A stretch of DNA of 64,000 bases from Candidatus Poribacteria bacterium (GCA_965242965.1 OZ251518.1:4320001-4384000); one strand, 5' to 3'; shown: positions 39,841-50,346, counted from the stretch's first letter. Notes: generated by a model not told the origin, from the sequence alone. Made by a program: numbers and translations.

Positions 39841-40326
39841 ATGCGAGTCGGTATTGGTTACGATGTCCATCGGTTAGTCGCCGACCGGAAATTGATTTTG
39901 GGCGGCGTTGAAATCCCATATCATCTGGGGCTATTAGGACATTCGGATGCAGATGTCTTGACACACGCAATTATTGATGCTATACTGGGTGCAGCCGCTT
40001 TAGGTGACATCGGGACGCACTTTCCGGATACGGATGCGCGTTATGCAGGCATGGACAGCCTCGTTTTCCTCCGAGATATCGCCGCCAAGATTCGGCAATC
40101 AGGATACGAGATTGGCAATGTGGACAGCACCGTTATCGCGCAGCGGCCGAAACTAGCACCTTACATGCCACAGATGCGCGCAACGCTCGCCGAAACGCTC
40201 GGCATCGCCGTAGAACAGATAGGCATCAAAGCGACAACTTCCGAGGGACTGGGCATCGTTGGGGAAGAGAAGGCGATTGTCGCGCAAGCCGTCGCGTGCC
40301 TGAGTAACAAAGGAGGGCAAACCTAA
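39841..40326 (+). CDS. ispF: 2-C-methyl-D-erythritol 2,4-cyclodiphosphate synthase
   Basis: [36 protein letters not shown]. Confidence 0.97.
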   Translation: MRVGIGYDVHRLVADRKLILGGVEIPYHLGLLGHSDADVLTHAIIDAILGAAALGDIGTHFPDTDARYAGMDSLVFLRDIAAKIRQSGYEIGNVDSTVIAQRPKLAPYMPQMRATLAETLGIAVEQIGIKATTSEGLGIVGEEKAIVAQAVACLSNKGGQT

Positions 40327-40331
40327 GAAAA

Positions 40332-41768
40332 ATGGGACTTCAGATTTACAACTCGATGAGCCGACAACTGGAAGACTTTGAGCCCCTCAACGCAGACCGG
40401 GTGACGATTTACAACTGCGGCCCCACGGTCTACGATTACATCCACATGGGCAATGCCCGCACGGCGTTGGTGACAGATATTATCCGAAGGTATCTGACGC
40501 ATAAAGGCTATAACGTCAAACTCGCGCAGAATTTAACCGATATTGACGATAAGATTATCGCGCGCGCGGCGGAACTCGGCATCAGCGAGAAGCAACTCGC
40601 AGAGCATCGCGGCGACGCGTTTCTTGAGGATTCGCAGCGGCTCGGCATCCAGCCCGCAGACGTGCATCCGAAAGCCACCGAACACATTCCGGAGATGTTA
40701 ACCCTCATCAAGACGCTCATTGACAAAGGTGCCGCTTATGTCATTGATGGAAGCGTTTACTATCGGGTGAACGCCTTTCCTGAATACGGCAAGTTGTCGC
40801 ATCGGAAACCGGAAGATTTGCTCGCCGGCGCGCGCGTCGAAATCGATGAACGTAAGGAAGACCCGAGGGACTTTGACCTTTGGAAAGCCGCTAAACCCGG
40901 TGAACCAACGTGGGATAGCCCCTGGGGCAAAGGCAGACCGGGGTGGCATATTGAATGTTCCGCCATGGCGATGAAGCACCTCGGCGAAACGTTGGACATG
41001 CACATTGCTGGCGAAGACCTGCTGTTTCCACACAACGAGAACGAAATCGCGCAGAGTGAACTCGCAACGGGAAAGCTGTTTGCCCGTTATTGGGTGCATG
41101 TCGCCTTCCTGAAAATCGATGGGCGGCGGATGGGTAAATCTGAACACAACTTTATCCTCCTCCGAGACGCGCTGGATAATTATCCTACCGAGGTAATCCG
41201 CCACTTTCTCATCTCGGCGCAATACCGCCACCCGCTGGACTACAACCCGGAAAGTCTCGCCAAATCGGAAGGCGCGCTCCGTAGATTGAACAACTGCCTT
41301 GAGGCGTTGGCGGTTTATGAAACAAGTACTGAGGCGAATGTGGAAGACGAAGCAGAAACCTCCCTCCGCGATGCAACGCTGCAAATGAAAGCGGACTTTG
41401 AGGCGGCGATGGATGCCGATTTCAATACCGCGCGTGCCCTCGGCGCGATTTTCACACTCATCGGCGTGGTGAACCGTTTTATCCAGAAAACGGAGACAGA
41501 TGCCGCCGCCGCTGTCCTCGCAGACGCGCGTGAGGCACTTATTGAGACATGCGGTGTCCTCGGTATCTATAACGCGCAAGCCGACGATGTTCAAGACGAC
41601 AGCGGTGAACTTCTCAATCACCTCGTCACGCTGCTGCTTGATATTCGTCAAGACGCTCGTCAGCGCAAGGATTGGGAGACATCGGACAAAATTCGCGACC
41701 GGATGAAAGAACTGAACATTGAGATACAGGATACGCGGCAGGGCGCGACCTGGAAATTTATCTCATAA
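40332..41768 (+). CDS. cysS: Cysteine--tRNA ligase
   Basis: CGPTVYD.IHMGN, GRPGWHIECSAM, FPHNENE, RMGKS (KMSKS variant). Confidence 0.96.
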   Translation: MGLQIYNSMSRQLEDFEPLNADRVTIYNCGPTVYDYIHMGNARTALVTDIIRRYLTHKGYNVKLAQNLTDIDDKIIARAAELGISEKQLAEHRGDAFLEDSQRLGIQPADVHPKATEHIPEMLTLIKTLIDKGAAYVIDGSVYYRVNAFPEYGKLSHRKPEDLLAGARVEIDERKEDPRDFDLWKAAKPGEPTWDSPWGKGRPGWHIECSAMAMKHLGETLDMHIAGEDLLFPHNENEIAQSELATGKLFARYWVHVAFLKIDGRRMGKSEHNFILLRDALDNYPTEVIRHFLISAQYRHPLDYNPESLAKSEGALRRLNNCLEALAVYETSTEANVEDEAETSLRDATLQMKADFEAAMDADFNTARALGAIFTLIGVVNRFIQKTETDAAAAVLADAREALIETCGVLGIYNAQADDVQDDSGELLNHLVTLLLDIRQDARQRKDWETSDKIRDRMKELNIEIQDTRQGATWKFIS

Positions 41769-41817
41769 CCCGTAAGCGCGCTTCGGACGCGCACAACTTT
41801 CTATAGGAGAAAACAGA

Positions 41818-42459
41818 ATGATTTATCGATTCATGGGATTTTTCCTTCTGCTTACCTGTTTTTCAGTGGTGCTGACAGGCTGCAGCGCGCTATTTTCGGA
41901 ACAGGAGTGGAGCGAAAACTACGCGCTCGGAGAAGGCGTGCGCGCATCGAGCCCACAGATGATTGACGGCAAATTGAATACCATCGGCGAAACAATGTTC
42001 CCCGAAGGCGCGTCTGGGTTCGCCGGCGCGAACCCCGCATCCGAAGTGGTGATTATGCTGCCCGAAAAAAAGACTATCCGCCGAATCGTCGTCCATTCCG
42101 ATAATCTAACGGAGTTCGACATCCACGCCGATAAAGGGAGCATCGCCGTTGAAACGGACTGGCAGATGATCAAAGAGATAAAGAGTGTCAAAAGCAGTCC
42201 GATTCAGATTTCGTTGTTGATTCCGTTTCCTACCGACAAGATTCGGCTTCGCGTTCTAGGCACGAAAGACGACGCGCTCTTGAATCGGCAGCAACGCGCG
42301 CGTTCTGGGGGACGCGGCTGGTTTACCGGTAATCGTCGCGCCGTCGGGAAAATCCGCGAGATCGAACTCTACGGCTATAAGTCCGCCGAACAGGTAGCGG
42401 AAAAGGCAGCCACCGATAAGCGCGAAAAAGAACTTGACGATTTGCTGCAATTAGAGTAA
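41818..42459 (+). CDS. Putative lipoprotein, discoidin/galactose-binding-like
   Basis: Lipobox LTGC; ENYA, MIDG, IRLRV, IREIELYG pattern. Confidence 0.7.
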   Translation: MIYRFMGFFLLLTCFSVVLTGCSALFSEQEWSENYALGEGVRASSPQMIDGKLNTIGETMFPEGASGFAGANPASEVVIMLPEKKTIRRIVVHSDNLTEFDIHADKGSIAVETDWQMIKEIKSVKSSPIQISLLIPFPTDKIRLRVLGTKDDALLNRQQRARSGGRGWFTGNRRAVGKIREIELYGYKSAEQVAEKAATDKREKELDDLLQLE

Positions 42460-42583
42460 CATGTCTTGCAGGGTTTCGCATCGTCAGGTTTTCGATGCAA
42501 TTTTTCATCTGAAGGCGGCAGTTCGCGCAACGCCGCCTCATTACCACAGACGGTTTTTGCGCCGTTTGACAAGGAGGCAATAC

Positions 42584-43171
42584 ATGCGTTTTGGTTTATT
42601 CGCGATACTCCTCTGTGCGGTGATAGGGATGTCGGGATGTATTCTTTCGTCCACTCCCTCCCTCAATTGGAGTAAAAACATCGCCATCGTGGCGACGAGC
42701 CAAGATTCAAAGTTTCACGACGACAATATCCACACTCAGGGTGAAACCGGTCCGATTCTCTCAGCCGAAAAAGATGAAGCCGCCCAGATGGAGGCAGATA
42801 AATTCACTGAGGCTGTTTTAGAATGGGGGAAGCCGCAGACTATCCAGCAGATTGTCGTCAAAGCGCAGGAAGGGGAGCTGGAATTCTTCGCGATTCAGTA
42901 TATGGATGAAGGCGGAAAGTGGGTAACGGTGAAAGAGGTGAGAGACAACATCCGCGAAGTCTACAGATACACCTTGAAAGAGCCGGTTCTGACGACGAAG
43001 TTCCGGTTGAAAGTGCCGCGGCAGTGGGAGTCGCGCCGCGTCGGCGGCCAGAAACGTTCAAGGCGCAGTGAGAGTGGTGCCCCGAGCGCGTCAGAGTATA
43101 AGAAGATTCAGGAAATTGAGCTCTACTACGCGCTGCCCCCCGAGCCGGGGGAATCGGCATCAGCGGAGTGA
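42584..43171 (+). CDS. Putative lipoprotein, discoidin-like, related to the previous gene
   Basis: AAGGAGG RBS, lipobox-like MSGC, WSKNIA, KFRLKV, IQEIELY. Confidence 0.7.
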   Translation: MRFGLFAILLCAVIGMSGCILSSTPSLNWSKNIAIVATSQDSKFHDDNIHTQGETGPILSAEKDEAAQMEADKFTEAVLEWGKPQTIQQIVVKAQEGELEFFAIQYMDEGGKWVTVKEVRDNIREVYRYTLKEPVLTTKFRLKVPRQWESRRVGGQKRSRRSESGAPSASEYKKIQEIELYYALPPEPGESASAE

Positions 43172-43198
43172 GTCTATGCATCCGCAGCACCATTACAC

Positions 43199-43657
43199 CG
43201 TAGGGCGAGGGCCTGTCCCTCGCCATGCTGCGATCGCGGGGGACAGGTCTGCTCTCTCCCTTGCGCTACGAGAAAAAAAACGGTGCCGTTTACCGTAGGG
43301 CGAGGGCCTGTCCCTCGCCATGCATCCGCAGCACCATTTGCACCGTAGGCGAGCGGGTTTCCCTCGCATGCAGCGATCGCGGGGGACAGGCCCCCGCGCT
43401 ACGGTTAAAGAAAACGGTTACCTTCGCGGGGGACAGGCCCCGCGCTACGGAAAAAAAGCGTGCCGTTTACCGTAGGGCTTGGGCCCTCGGATGCCACACG
43501 CGCATCCGAGCGGGTTCCCCTCGCCATGCAGCGATCGCGGGGGACAGGCCCCCGCGCTACGGTTAAAAAAACGTTCACCTTCGCGGGGGACAGGCCCCCG
43601 CGCTACGGTTAAAAAAGCGTGCCGTTCACCGTAGGGCGAGGGCCTGTCCCTCGCCAT
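43199..43657. repeat. Composite REP cluster
   Basis: Alternating GTAGGGCGAGGGCCTGTCCCTCGCC and inverted GTAGCGCGGGGGCCTGTCCCCCGCG. Confidence 0.9.
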
Positions 43658-43704
43658 GCACCAAAGCAACGGAACCCTAATCGAACACATTGCGAACGAC
43701 GAAA

Positions 43705-44898
43705 ATGTTCTCCAACGAAACAAAAAGCCTCATTCATCTCAATCTGATTCAAGGCGTGGGCCCTAAAACCGTTCAAGTCTTGTTTGAACTTTTCGGTAGC
43801 GCAGAACAGGCACTGAACGCGACACAGGCGGAATTAGAGAAGAGAGAGAATCTCTCGCCTGCAATTCGTGAACTGCTTATCCGAAAACAGGTCAAGATTC
43901 CGCTCGAAAAGGAGTTGGAACTGATTGAGCAATACGGGTGTCAGGTTATAACGCAGGACGATGCGGCGTATCCGCCACTTTTGAAAGAAATCGCCGATGC
44001 ACCGTTGATGCTTTATGTCAAAGGGGAACTCAAACCGGAGGATGCGCTCAGCATCTCGTGCGTGGGTTCTCGGAGCGCGAAGGACTATGGGCGGCAGGTC
44101 AGCCATCGATTCAGTTATCAACTCGCGCAACGCGGCGTAACCGTGGTGAGTGGGCTGGCACGGGGAATTGACACCAATGCGCATCGCGGCGCGCTTGACG
44201 CTGGCGGCAGGACGATTGCTGTCATGGGCAACGGGCTGAGCCTTATTTATCCTGCCTCAAACGATAAATTGGCGGAGGAGATTATGCAAGCCGGCGCGTT
44301 AATCTCCGAATTTCCGATGGGCATGCAACCGATGGGCAAGAACTTCCCCCGGCGGAATCGTATCATTAGCGGCATGACACTCGGCACCATCGTCGTGGAG
44401 GCATCGAATCGGAGCGGCGCGCTGATTACCGCGCGGCATGCACTGGAACAGGGACGGGAGGTGTTCGCCGTCCCGGGTCCGATTTTCTCCGAACTTTCAA
44501 CCGGCACCCATAAACTCATTAGAGAAGGCGCAGGGTTGGTGCACTCTGTCGAGGAACTTCTTGAAGCACTCCCGCAACACGCGCGAAATATGCTGTCTAC
44601 GTCAATGTCAATGCCGCTGGACACCCCCGCTACAGACGCACCTTCTTCCACCGAAGCTGAACCCCGTAGGCGCGCGTCCAGTTCTGTCCCGACATCACCT
44701 GAACCCGCGGCACCGTTACCCGAACTCACCGATGATGAAAAAACGGTATTTCAGGCGATTGAGGCACCGTCAACCCACATTGACGTTATCGTCCAAACAA
44801 CACAAATGCCGGTAGGCAAGGTATCCAGTGTGCTATTGATGTTGGAGTTGAAAGGCGTTGTGCAGCAATTGCCGGGCAAATTTTTTTGTTGTTCCTAA
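43705..44898 (+). CDS. dprA: DNA-processing protein DprA
   Basis: VGSR, VSGLARGID..AH, FPRRNRIISG, SGALITA..A.EQGREVFAVPG, C-terminal winged helix. Confidence 0.96.
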   Translation: MFSNETKSLIHLNLIQGVGPKTVQVLFELFGSAEQALNATQAELEKRENLSPAIRELLIRKQVKIPLEKELELIEQYGCQVITQDDAAYPPLLKEIADAPLMLYVKGELKPEDALSISCVGSRSAKDYGRQVSHRFSYQLAQRGVTVVSGLARGIDTNAHRGALDAGGRTIAVMGNGLSLIYPASNDKLAEEIMQAGALISEFPMGMQPMGKNFPRRNRIISGMTLGTIVVEASNRSGALITARHALEQGREVFAVPGPIFSELSTGTHKLIREGAGLVHSVEELLEALPQHARNMLSTSMSMPLDTPATDAPSSTEAEPRRRASSSVPTSPEPAAPLPELTDDEKTVFQAIEAPSTHIDVIVQTTQMPVGKVSSVLLMLELKGVVQQLPGKFFCCS

Positions 44899-44900
44899 GG

Positions 44901-45249
44901 GAGGGGTTTCATATATCAATGCCTTCCGGTAGGAGAGACCTCCCGGTCTCGATTCTTCGGGTAGGAGAGACCTCCCGGTCTCGATGCCTCCTCGGTAGGA
45001 GAGACCTCCCGGTCTTGATTAGGTAAGGCGTGCCCAATCTCGACCTGTTCGGGTGCAGGCGCACCCGAACTACAGGGCTAGCGTGCGCGCCGCTTGTAGT
45101 TCAGGAGCACCTGCTCCTGAACTGTTTGTGATCAGACGCTTGCAAAAGACAAATGTCTTCTTGATACGCACCACATCGAGACCAGGAGGAAGAAATCGAG
45201 ACCAGGAGGTCTCTCCTACCGGGAAGAAATCAAGATATGAAACACCCTC
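44901..45249. mobile_element. TIR-bounded non-autonomous element E5
   Basis: GAGGG-GTTTCATAT...ATATGAAACACCCTC; flanks share only TAAGG. Confidence 0.75.
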
Positions 45250-45266
45250 AATTAAGGGAGGCATCC

Positions 45267-45842
45267 ATGGCCACCGTTGCAGCACAAACCTACTTTACGC
45301 CGGAGGAATACATCGCTCTGGAACGCAAGGCGGAATTCAGGAACGAGTACTTCTCCGGACAAATCGTTCCAATGTCCAGTGGGAGTTACAATCACAGTCT
45401 CATCGTCACGAATATATTAGGCGAACTTCACCTCCAATTCAAGGGACAGGGATGTGAAGTGCTCACTCACAGGATGCGAGTGAGGGCGATTCCAAGGGAT
45501 ACCTATGTTTACCCGGATGTGGTTGTTGTCTGCGGCGAGCCCGAGTTTGAGGATGATACCTTTGATACCCTCCTCAACCCCATTCTCATCGTGGAAGTGC
45601 TGTCGCCTTCCACCGAGGCGTATGACAGAGGTGAAAAATTCGCGCGCTACAAACACCTCGCGTCCTTGCAAGAATACGTTCTCGTCTTGCAAGACAAGGT
45701 GTGGGTAGAACACCATCGCTGCCACGGCACACAATGGGTGCTCAGCCATTATCGCGCCTTGGAAGAGGTTTTACTGCTTCCCTCCATCGGATGTGAATTG
45801 CCCTTGCGCGACATCTACGCACGAGTCATACAGAATGATTAA
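45267..45842 (+). CDS. Uma2-family PD-(D/E)XK nuclease-like protein 1
   Basis: EEY..LE, YPDVVVVC, VEVLSPST..YDRGEKF..Y. Confidence 0.92.
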   Translation: MATVAAQTYFTPEEYIALERKAEFRNEYFSGQIVPMSSGSYNHSLIVTNILGELHLQFKGQGCEVLTHRMRVRAIPRDTYVYPDVVVVCGEPEFEDDTFDTLLNPILIVEVLSPSTEAYDRGEKFARYKHLASLQEYVLVLQDKVWVEHHRCHGTQWVLSHYRALEEVLLLPSIGCELPLRDIYARVIQND

Positions 45843-45853
45843 AGGAGACACTC

Positions 45854-46429
45854 ATGGCCACCGTTGCAGCCCAAACCTACTTTACGCCAGAAGAATACAT
45901 TGCTTTGGAACGCAAAGCGGAATACAAAAGCGAATACTTTGACGGACACATCATCGCAATGGCCGGCGCAAGCAGCAAGCATAATCTCATCACGGGAGAT
46001 ATATTTTATGGGCTCTACCCGCAATTAATAGGGCATGGGTGCGAAATTTTTACCAGCGATATGCGAGTGCGGGCGAGCCTGGGCGATGCCTACTTTTATC
46101 CCGATGTGGTTGTTGTCTGTGGCGAGCCCGAGTTTGAGGATGATGTCTTTGACACGCTTCTCAACCCCATTGTCATCGTGGAAGTGCTTTCACCTTCTAC
46201 CGAGGCGTATGACAGAGGTGAAAAATTCGCGCGATACAAACACCTCGCGTCCTTGCAAGAATACGTTCTTGTCTCGCAAGACAAGGTGTGGGTAGAACAC
46301 CATCGCCGCCACGGCACACAATGGATGCTCAGCCATTATCGCGCGCTAGAAGACGTGCTGCCGCTTCCCTCTATCGGATGTGAATTGCCCTTGCGCGATA
46401 TATACGCACGAGTCACCGTAAAGAATTAA
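45854..46429 (+). CDS. Uma2-family protein 2
   Basis: Same motifs; AAGGAG RBS. Confidence 0.92.
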   Translation: MATVAAQTYFTPEEYIALERKAEYKSEYFDGHIIAMAGASSKHNLITGDIFYGLYPQLIGHGCEIFTSDMRVRASLGDAYFYPDVVVVCGEPEFEDDVFDTLLNPIVIVEVLSPSTEAYDRGEKFARYKHLASLQEYVLVSQDKVWVEHHRRHGTQWMLSHYRALEDVLPLPSIGCELPLRDIYARVTVKN

Positions 46430-46440
46430 AGGAGAGAGAC

Positions 46441-47031
46441 ATGGCCACCGTTGCAGCCCAAACCTACTTTACGCCCGAGGAATACATCGCTTTGGAACGC
46501 AAAGCACACTTCAAAAGCGAATATTTTGACGGACATATTATCGCAATGTCCGGTGCAAGCTTTAAACATAGCCTCATTGTCTCCAATATATCGGGTGAAC
46601 TTCACCTCCAATTCAAGGGGCGAGGATGTTCAGTTCATACCAACGATATGCGGGTGCGGCCGAGCCTGGGCGATGCCTACTTCTATCCGGATGTCGTCGT
46701 TGTCTGCGGGGAGCCCGAGTTTGAGGATGATGTCTTTGACACGCTCCTCAATCCAATTGTCATCGTTGAGGTGCTATCACCTTCAACGGAGAGACGTGAC
46801 AGGGGCGAAAAATTCGCTCGCTACAAACACCTCACCTCCTTGCAAGAATATCTCCTCGTTTCGCAAGACAGCGTGCGCGTTGAACACCATCGCCGCCACG
46901 TTGCACAGTGGATGCTCAGCCACTATCGCGCCTTGGAGGAAGTGCTATTGCTTCCCTCAATCGGATGCCAGTTATCTCTGCGCGATATCTACCGGCGCAT
47001 CACATTTTCTCACGAGACAGAAAACGCATAA
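46441..47031 (+). CDS. Uma2-family protein 3
   Basis: Same motifs; AAGGAG RBS. Confidence 0.92.
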   Translation: MATVAAQTYFTPEEYIALERKAHFKSEYFDGHIIAMSGASFKHSLIVSNISGELHLQFKGRGCSVHTNDMRVRPSLGDAYFYPDVVVVCGEPEFEDDVFDTLLNPIVIVEVLSPSTERRDRGEKFARYKHLTSLQEYLLVSQDSVRVEHHRRHVAQWMLSHYRALEEVLLLPSIGCQLSLRDIYRRITFSHETENA

Positions 47032-47058
47032 AAGCGGACTTCGCTAAGGGTAAACACC

Positions 47059-48036
47059 ATGAACGCAACAGAATTAGAATTTGAAAAACCACTCATCGAA
47101 CTGGAACACCACCTCACGCAACTAGAGCTCTTCGCGCAAAATCATCCAACGTTGGAGCTCGCCGAAGGAATTGGTGCATTAAAACAGAACGTCAACGCGC
47201 TCACAAAGCAAACGTTCCAAACGCTCAGCCGATGGGATAAAGTTCGGTTAGCACGGCACCCGCAGCGGCCCCAAGCCGCTGTCTACATTGACGCGCTCTT
47301 GGAAGAACCGCTTGAACTCCACAGCGATAAATTATATGGCGACGACAGAGCCCTTGTCGGCGGTTTGGCGTGGTTTGAGGGACAACCTGTCGTCTATCTC
47401 GCGCAGCAGAAAGGCACGAACCTCCAAGAACGACAGGAGACGAACTTCGGCTATACGCACCCCGAAGGCTACCGCAAAGCGCGACGGCTAATGCAGTTGG
47501 CAGACAAATTCAATCGTCCCCTAATTTGCTTTGTGGATACACCCGGCGCGCACTTCGATCTTCGTTCCGAAGAATACGGACAAGCGATGGCCATTGCCGA
47601 AAACCTCGCCGAGATGATGCAGCTGCGCGTCCCCATACTCGCCGTTATCATCGGCGAAGGCGGCAGCGGCGGCGCACTCGCCATCGCCCTCGGCAACCGC
47701 GTGTTGATGCTAGAATACGCCATATACTGCGTCGCGCCACCCGAAGCATGCAGCGGCATCGTATGGAAAGACAAAGGCGAGCATGCCCCGGAAGCCACAG
47801 AAGGCTATAAACCGACTGCCCCAGACCTGCTTCAATTAGGCATTATCGACGAGGTTATCCGTGAGCCCCTCGGCGGCGCGCACCGTGATGCCGATACCGC
47901 CGCACAGAATGTCAAACGTGCACTCCGGAAACACCTCGCCGAGTTGATGCAGCTGAGCCCGCAACAACTCGTCCAGCAACGGTACGAACGGTATCGGCAC
48001 ATCGGGCTTTATGGTGAAGACGCTCCTAGAATCTAG
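47059..48036 (+). CDS. accA: Acetyl-CoA carboxylase carboxyltransferase alpha subunit
   Basis: LEFEKP, ARHPQRP, PEGYRKA.R.M, DTPGA, GEGGSGGALA, EPLGGAHRD. Confidence 0.96.
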   Translation: MNATELEFEKPLIELEHHLTQLELFAQNHPTLELAEGIGALKQNVNALTKQTFQTLSRWDKVRLARHPQRPQAAVYIDALLEEPLELHSDKLYGDDRALVGGLAWFEGQPVVYLAQQKGTNLQERQETNFGYTHPEGYRKARRLMQLADKFNRPLICFVDTPGAHFDLRSEEYGQAMAIAENLAEMMQLRVPILAVIIGEGGSGGALAIALGNRVLMLEYAIYCVAPPEACSGIVWKDKGEHAPEATEGYKPTAPDLLQLGIIDEVIREPLGGAHRDADTAAQNVKRALRKHLAELMQLSPQQLVQQRYERYRHIGLYGEDAPRI

Positions 48037-48039
48037 CAA

Positions 48040-48365
48040 GTAGCGCGGGGGCCTGCCCCCCCGCGATCAAACCGCTGTCCAGAACGTAGCGCGGGGGCCT
48101 GTCCCCCGCGATCAAACCGCTGTCCGGAACGTAGCGCGGGGGCCTGTCCCCCGCGATCGCTCCGGTGAAGGATGCCGTTTTTTACCGTAGCGCGGGGGCC
48201 TGTCCCCCGCGATCGTCCGAGGATGCGAACGATGGCGAGGGACAGGCCCTCGCCCTACGGTAAGACGGGGCCCCTCTGTAGGTCAAGAGCGCCTGCTCTT
48301 GACCCGTTCGGGAGCGGGCGCTCCCGAACTACGGTCTCTGGGCCCGGCGAGGGCCCTCGCCATAC
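48040..48365. repeat. REP cluster
   Basis: Four tandem GTAGCGCGGGGGCCTGTCCCCCGCGATC-type copies plus other REP types. Confidence 0.9.
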
Positions 48366-48377
48366 GGAGAATAAAAC

Positions 48378-49520
48378 ATGAAAATCCGAACCATCACCAC
48401 TGGCATCCCATCGCCATTTTCACATGACTACCTCCAGCACGCCGCCGAATTCAACGCCGCGTGCCGAACCCGTTTTCAAGCAAACGGCTACGAGGTGCAA
48501 TCAACGCGCCTCAGCACACAAGTCTGGAACGCCGAAATAGACGTGGCGGATATCTTCGCTTTAGAACAAAAAACAGAAGCGTTAGGCATCGAATTCCTCA
48601 GTCTCGGCACAATATTTCCCGCGCATCCCAACGCCGCACAGCACTTTGAAACCGTCGCCGACGCAATCGTCAAAACCGAAACCTTCTTCGCCTCCACCTC
48701 TATAGGCATGAAGCCAGACCTTTTAACAGAAAAAGGAGCGTCAAAGTTCTTAGCGCGCACCGCCAAAATCATCCAGCAGATAGCGCGCCGCACCGAGAAC
48801 GGATACGGCAACCTCCGCTTCGCCGCCTTGATGAATTGCCCACCGAATACCCCCTTCTTCCCCGCCGCATACTGGCAAGATACCGGTATAAACTTCGGCA
48901 TCGGATGGCAAGCCGCTGACTTGGTATATGACACCTTCGCTGACGCACCCGACTTAAACACCGCCCTCCAGCACCTCAAAACGCGCATGGAAACAGAGGG
49001 ACAAAAGGTTGTCACCATCGCGCAAACCCTCGCACAGGAACATAACGTAAAGTTTGTCGGCATAGACGTATCCCCCGCGCCCATGGCAGACGAAAGCATC
49101 GCCTACGCAATAGAGCAACAACTCCCTGGCCGCTTCGGCGAACGCGGCACCTTAACCGTCTGTGCAAACTTGACACGCACTCTCCGCGCCCTAGAGCTCC
49201 CGTTATGCGGCTATTCCGGACTCATGCTCCCCGTGCTTGAAGACATCGGCTTAGGACAACGAAGCCAAGCTGGTTGCTTTAACCTAGACAGCCTCCTCCT
49301 CTACTCTGCTGTCTGCGGCACCGGTTTAGACACCATCCCCATCCCCGGCGATGCCTCCACAACCCAAATCAGTGCTATTCTAGCAGACGTAGCCACCCTC
49401 TCTGCGCGTCTTTCCAAACCGTTATCTGTCCGCCTTTTTCCCGTGCCTGCCCTCAAAGCCGGCGAGATGACCCGGTTTGAATCACCGTATTTGACCAATA
49501 CCACGGTGATGTCAATATAA
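48378..49520 (+). CDS. DUF711 family protein
   Basis: MKIRTIT, FAAL.N.PP.TPFFPAAY, GYSGLMLPVLED, VCGTGLDTIP.PGD. Confidence 0.85.
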   Translation: MKIRTITTGIPSPFSHDYLQHAAEFNAACRTRFQANGYEVQSTRLSTQVWNAEIDVADIFALEQKTEALGIEFLSLGTIFPAHPNAAQHFETVADAIVKTETFFASTSIGMKPDLLTEKGASKFLARTAKIIQQIARRTENGYGNLRFAALMNCPPNTPFFPAAYWQDTGINFGIGWQAADLVYDTFADAPDLNTALQHLKTRMETEGQKVVTIAQTLAQEHNVKFVGIDVSPAPMADESIAYAIEQQLPGRFGERGTLTVCANLTRTLRALELPLCGYSGLMLPVLEDIGLGQRSQAGCFNLDSLLLYSAVCGTGLDTIPIPGDASTTQISAILADVATLSARLSKPLSVRLFPVPALKAGEMTRFESPYLTNTTVMSI

Positions 49521-49537
49521 TACGCTCCCCAGAGACC

Positions 49538-49850
49538 GTAGTTCGGGAGCACCTGCTCCCGAACGGGTCAAGAGCAGGCGCTCTTGACCTACAGAGGGGC
49601 CACGTTTTACCGTAGGGCGAGGGCCTGTCCCTCGCCGTGCCTGGACCTTGGAAAAGACCGTAGTTCGGGAGTGCCTGCTCCCGAACGGTTCAAGATCGGG
49701 CGATCTTGACCTACAGAGGGGCCCACGTCTTACCGTAGGGCGAGGGCCTGTCCCTCGCCATGCAACGATCGCGAGGGACAGGCCCTCGCGCTACGGTGTA
49801 AGCGACACTTCTCGCAACGCTTGCGGGGGACAGGCCCCCGCGCTACGGTA
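49538..49850. repeat. Composite REP cluster
   Basis: GTAGTTCGGGAGCACCTGCTCCCGAAC and other GTAG hairpins, duplicated unit. Confidence 0.88.
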
Positions 49851-49906
49851 ACCATGCCCCGCCATCCTTCCCAATCGCCCAATCCCAAAAACCCGCAATA
49901 AAAAAA

Positions 49907-49935
49907 TTGACATTTTTCCACTGTTATGATATAAT
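49907..49935 (+). promoter_or_regulatory. Consensus sigma70 promoter
   Basis: A-tract, TTGACA-17 bp-TATAAT, TG extension. Confidence 0.75.
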
Positions 49936-50346
49936 TTAAAACATAATGCCGAATAGGCTGCGCGCGACACAACTGCAAACCCTAACCGCACGTTACCCGC
50001 AAACCGGGCATCGCGCAACAGAACAACTATTATGATTACACGAAACAACCTCCGCAAACTCACTCGCGAAACCGGTGTCGTCCTCGCGCTCTGACCTACA
50101 GAATGGGGCGGCTCGGTCACCGTAGGGCGAGGGCCCTCGGATGCCACCCGCGCAGGCGAGCGGGTTTCCCTCGCCGTGCCTAGATCTTGTAAAAGAACGT
50201 AGGGCGAGGGCCTGTCCCTCGCCATGCAGCGATCGCGGGGGACAGGCCCCGCGCTACGGGGTCAGCGGCATTTCTCGCAGCGATCGCGGGAGACAGGCCC
50301 CCGCGCTTTTGACAAAAATAGGATAGCCGCCGAAAGAGGAATACCC

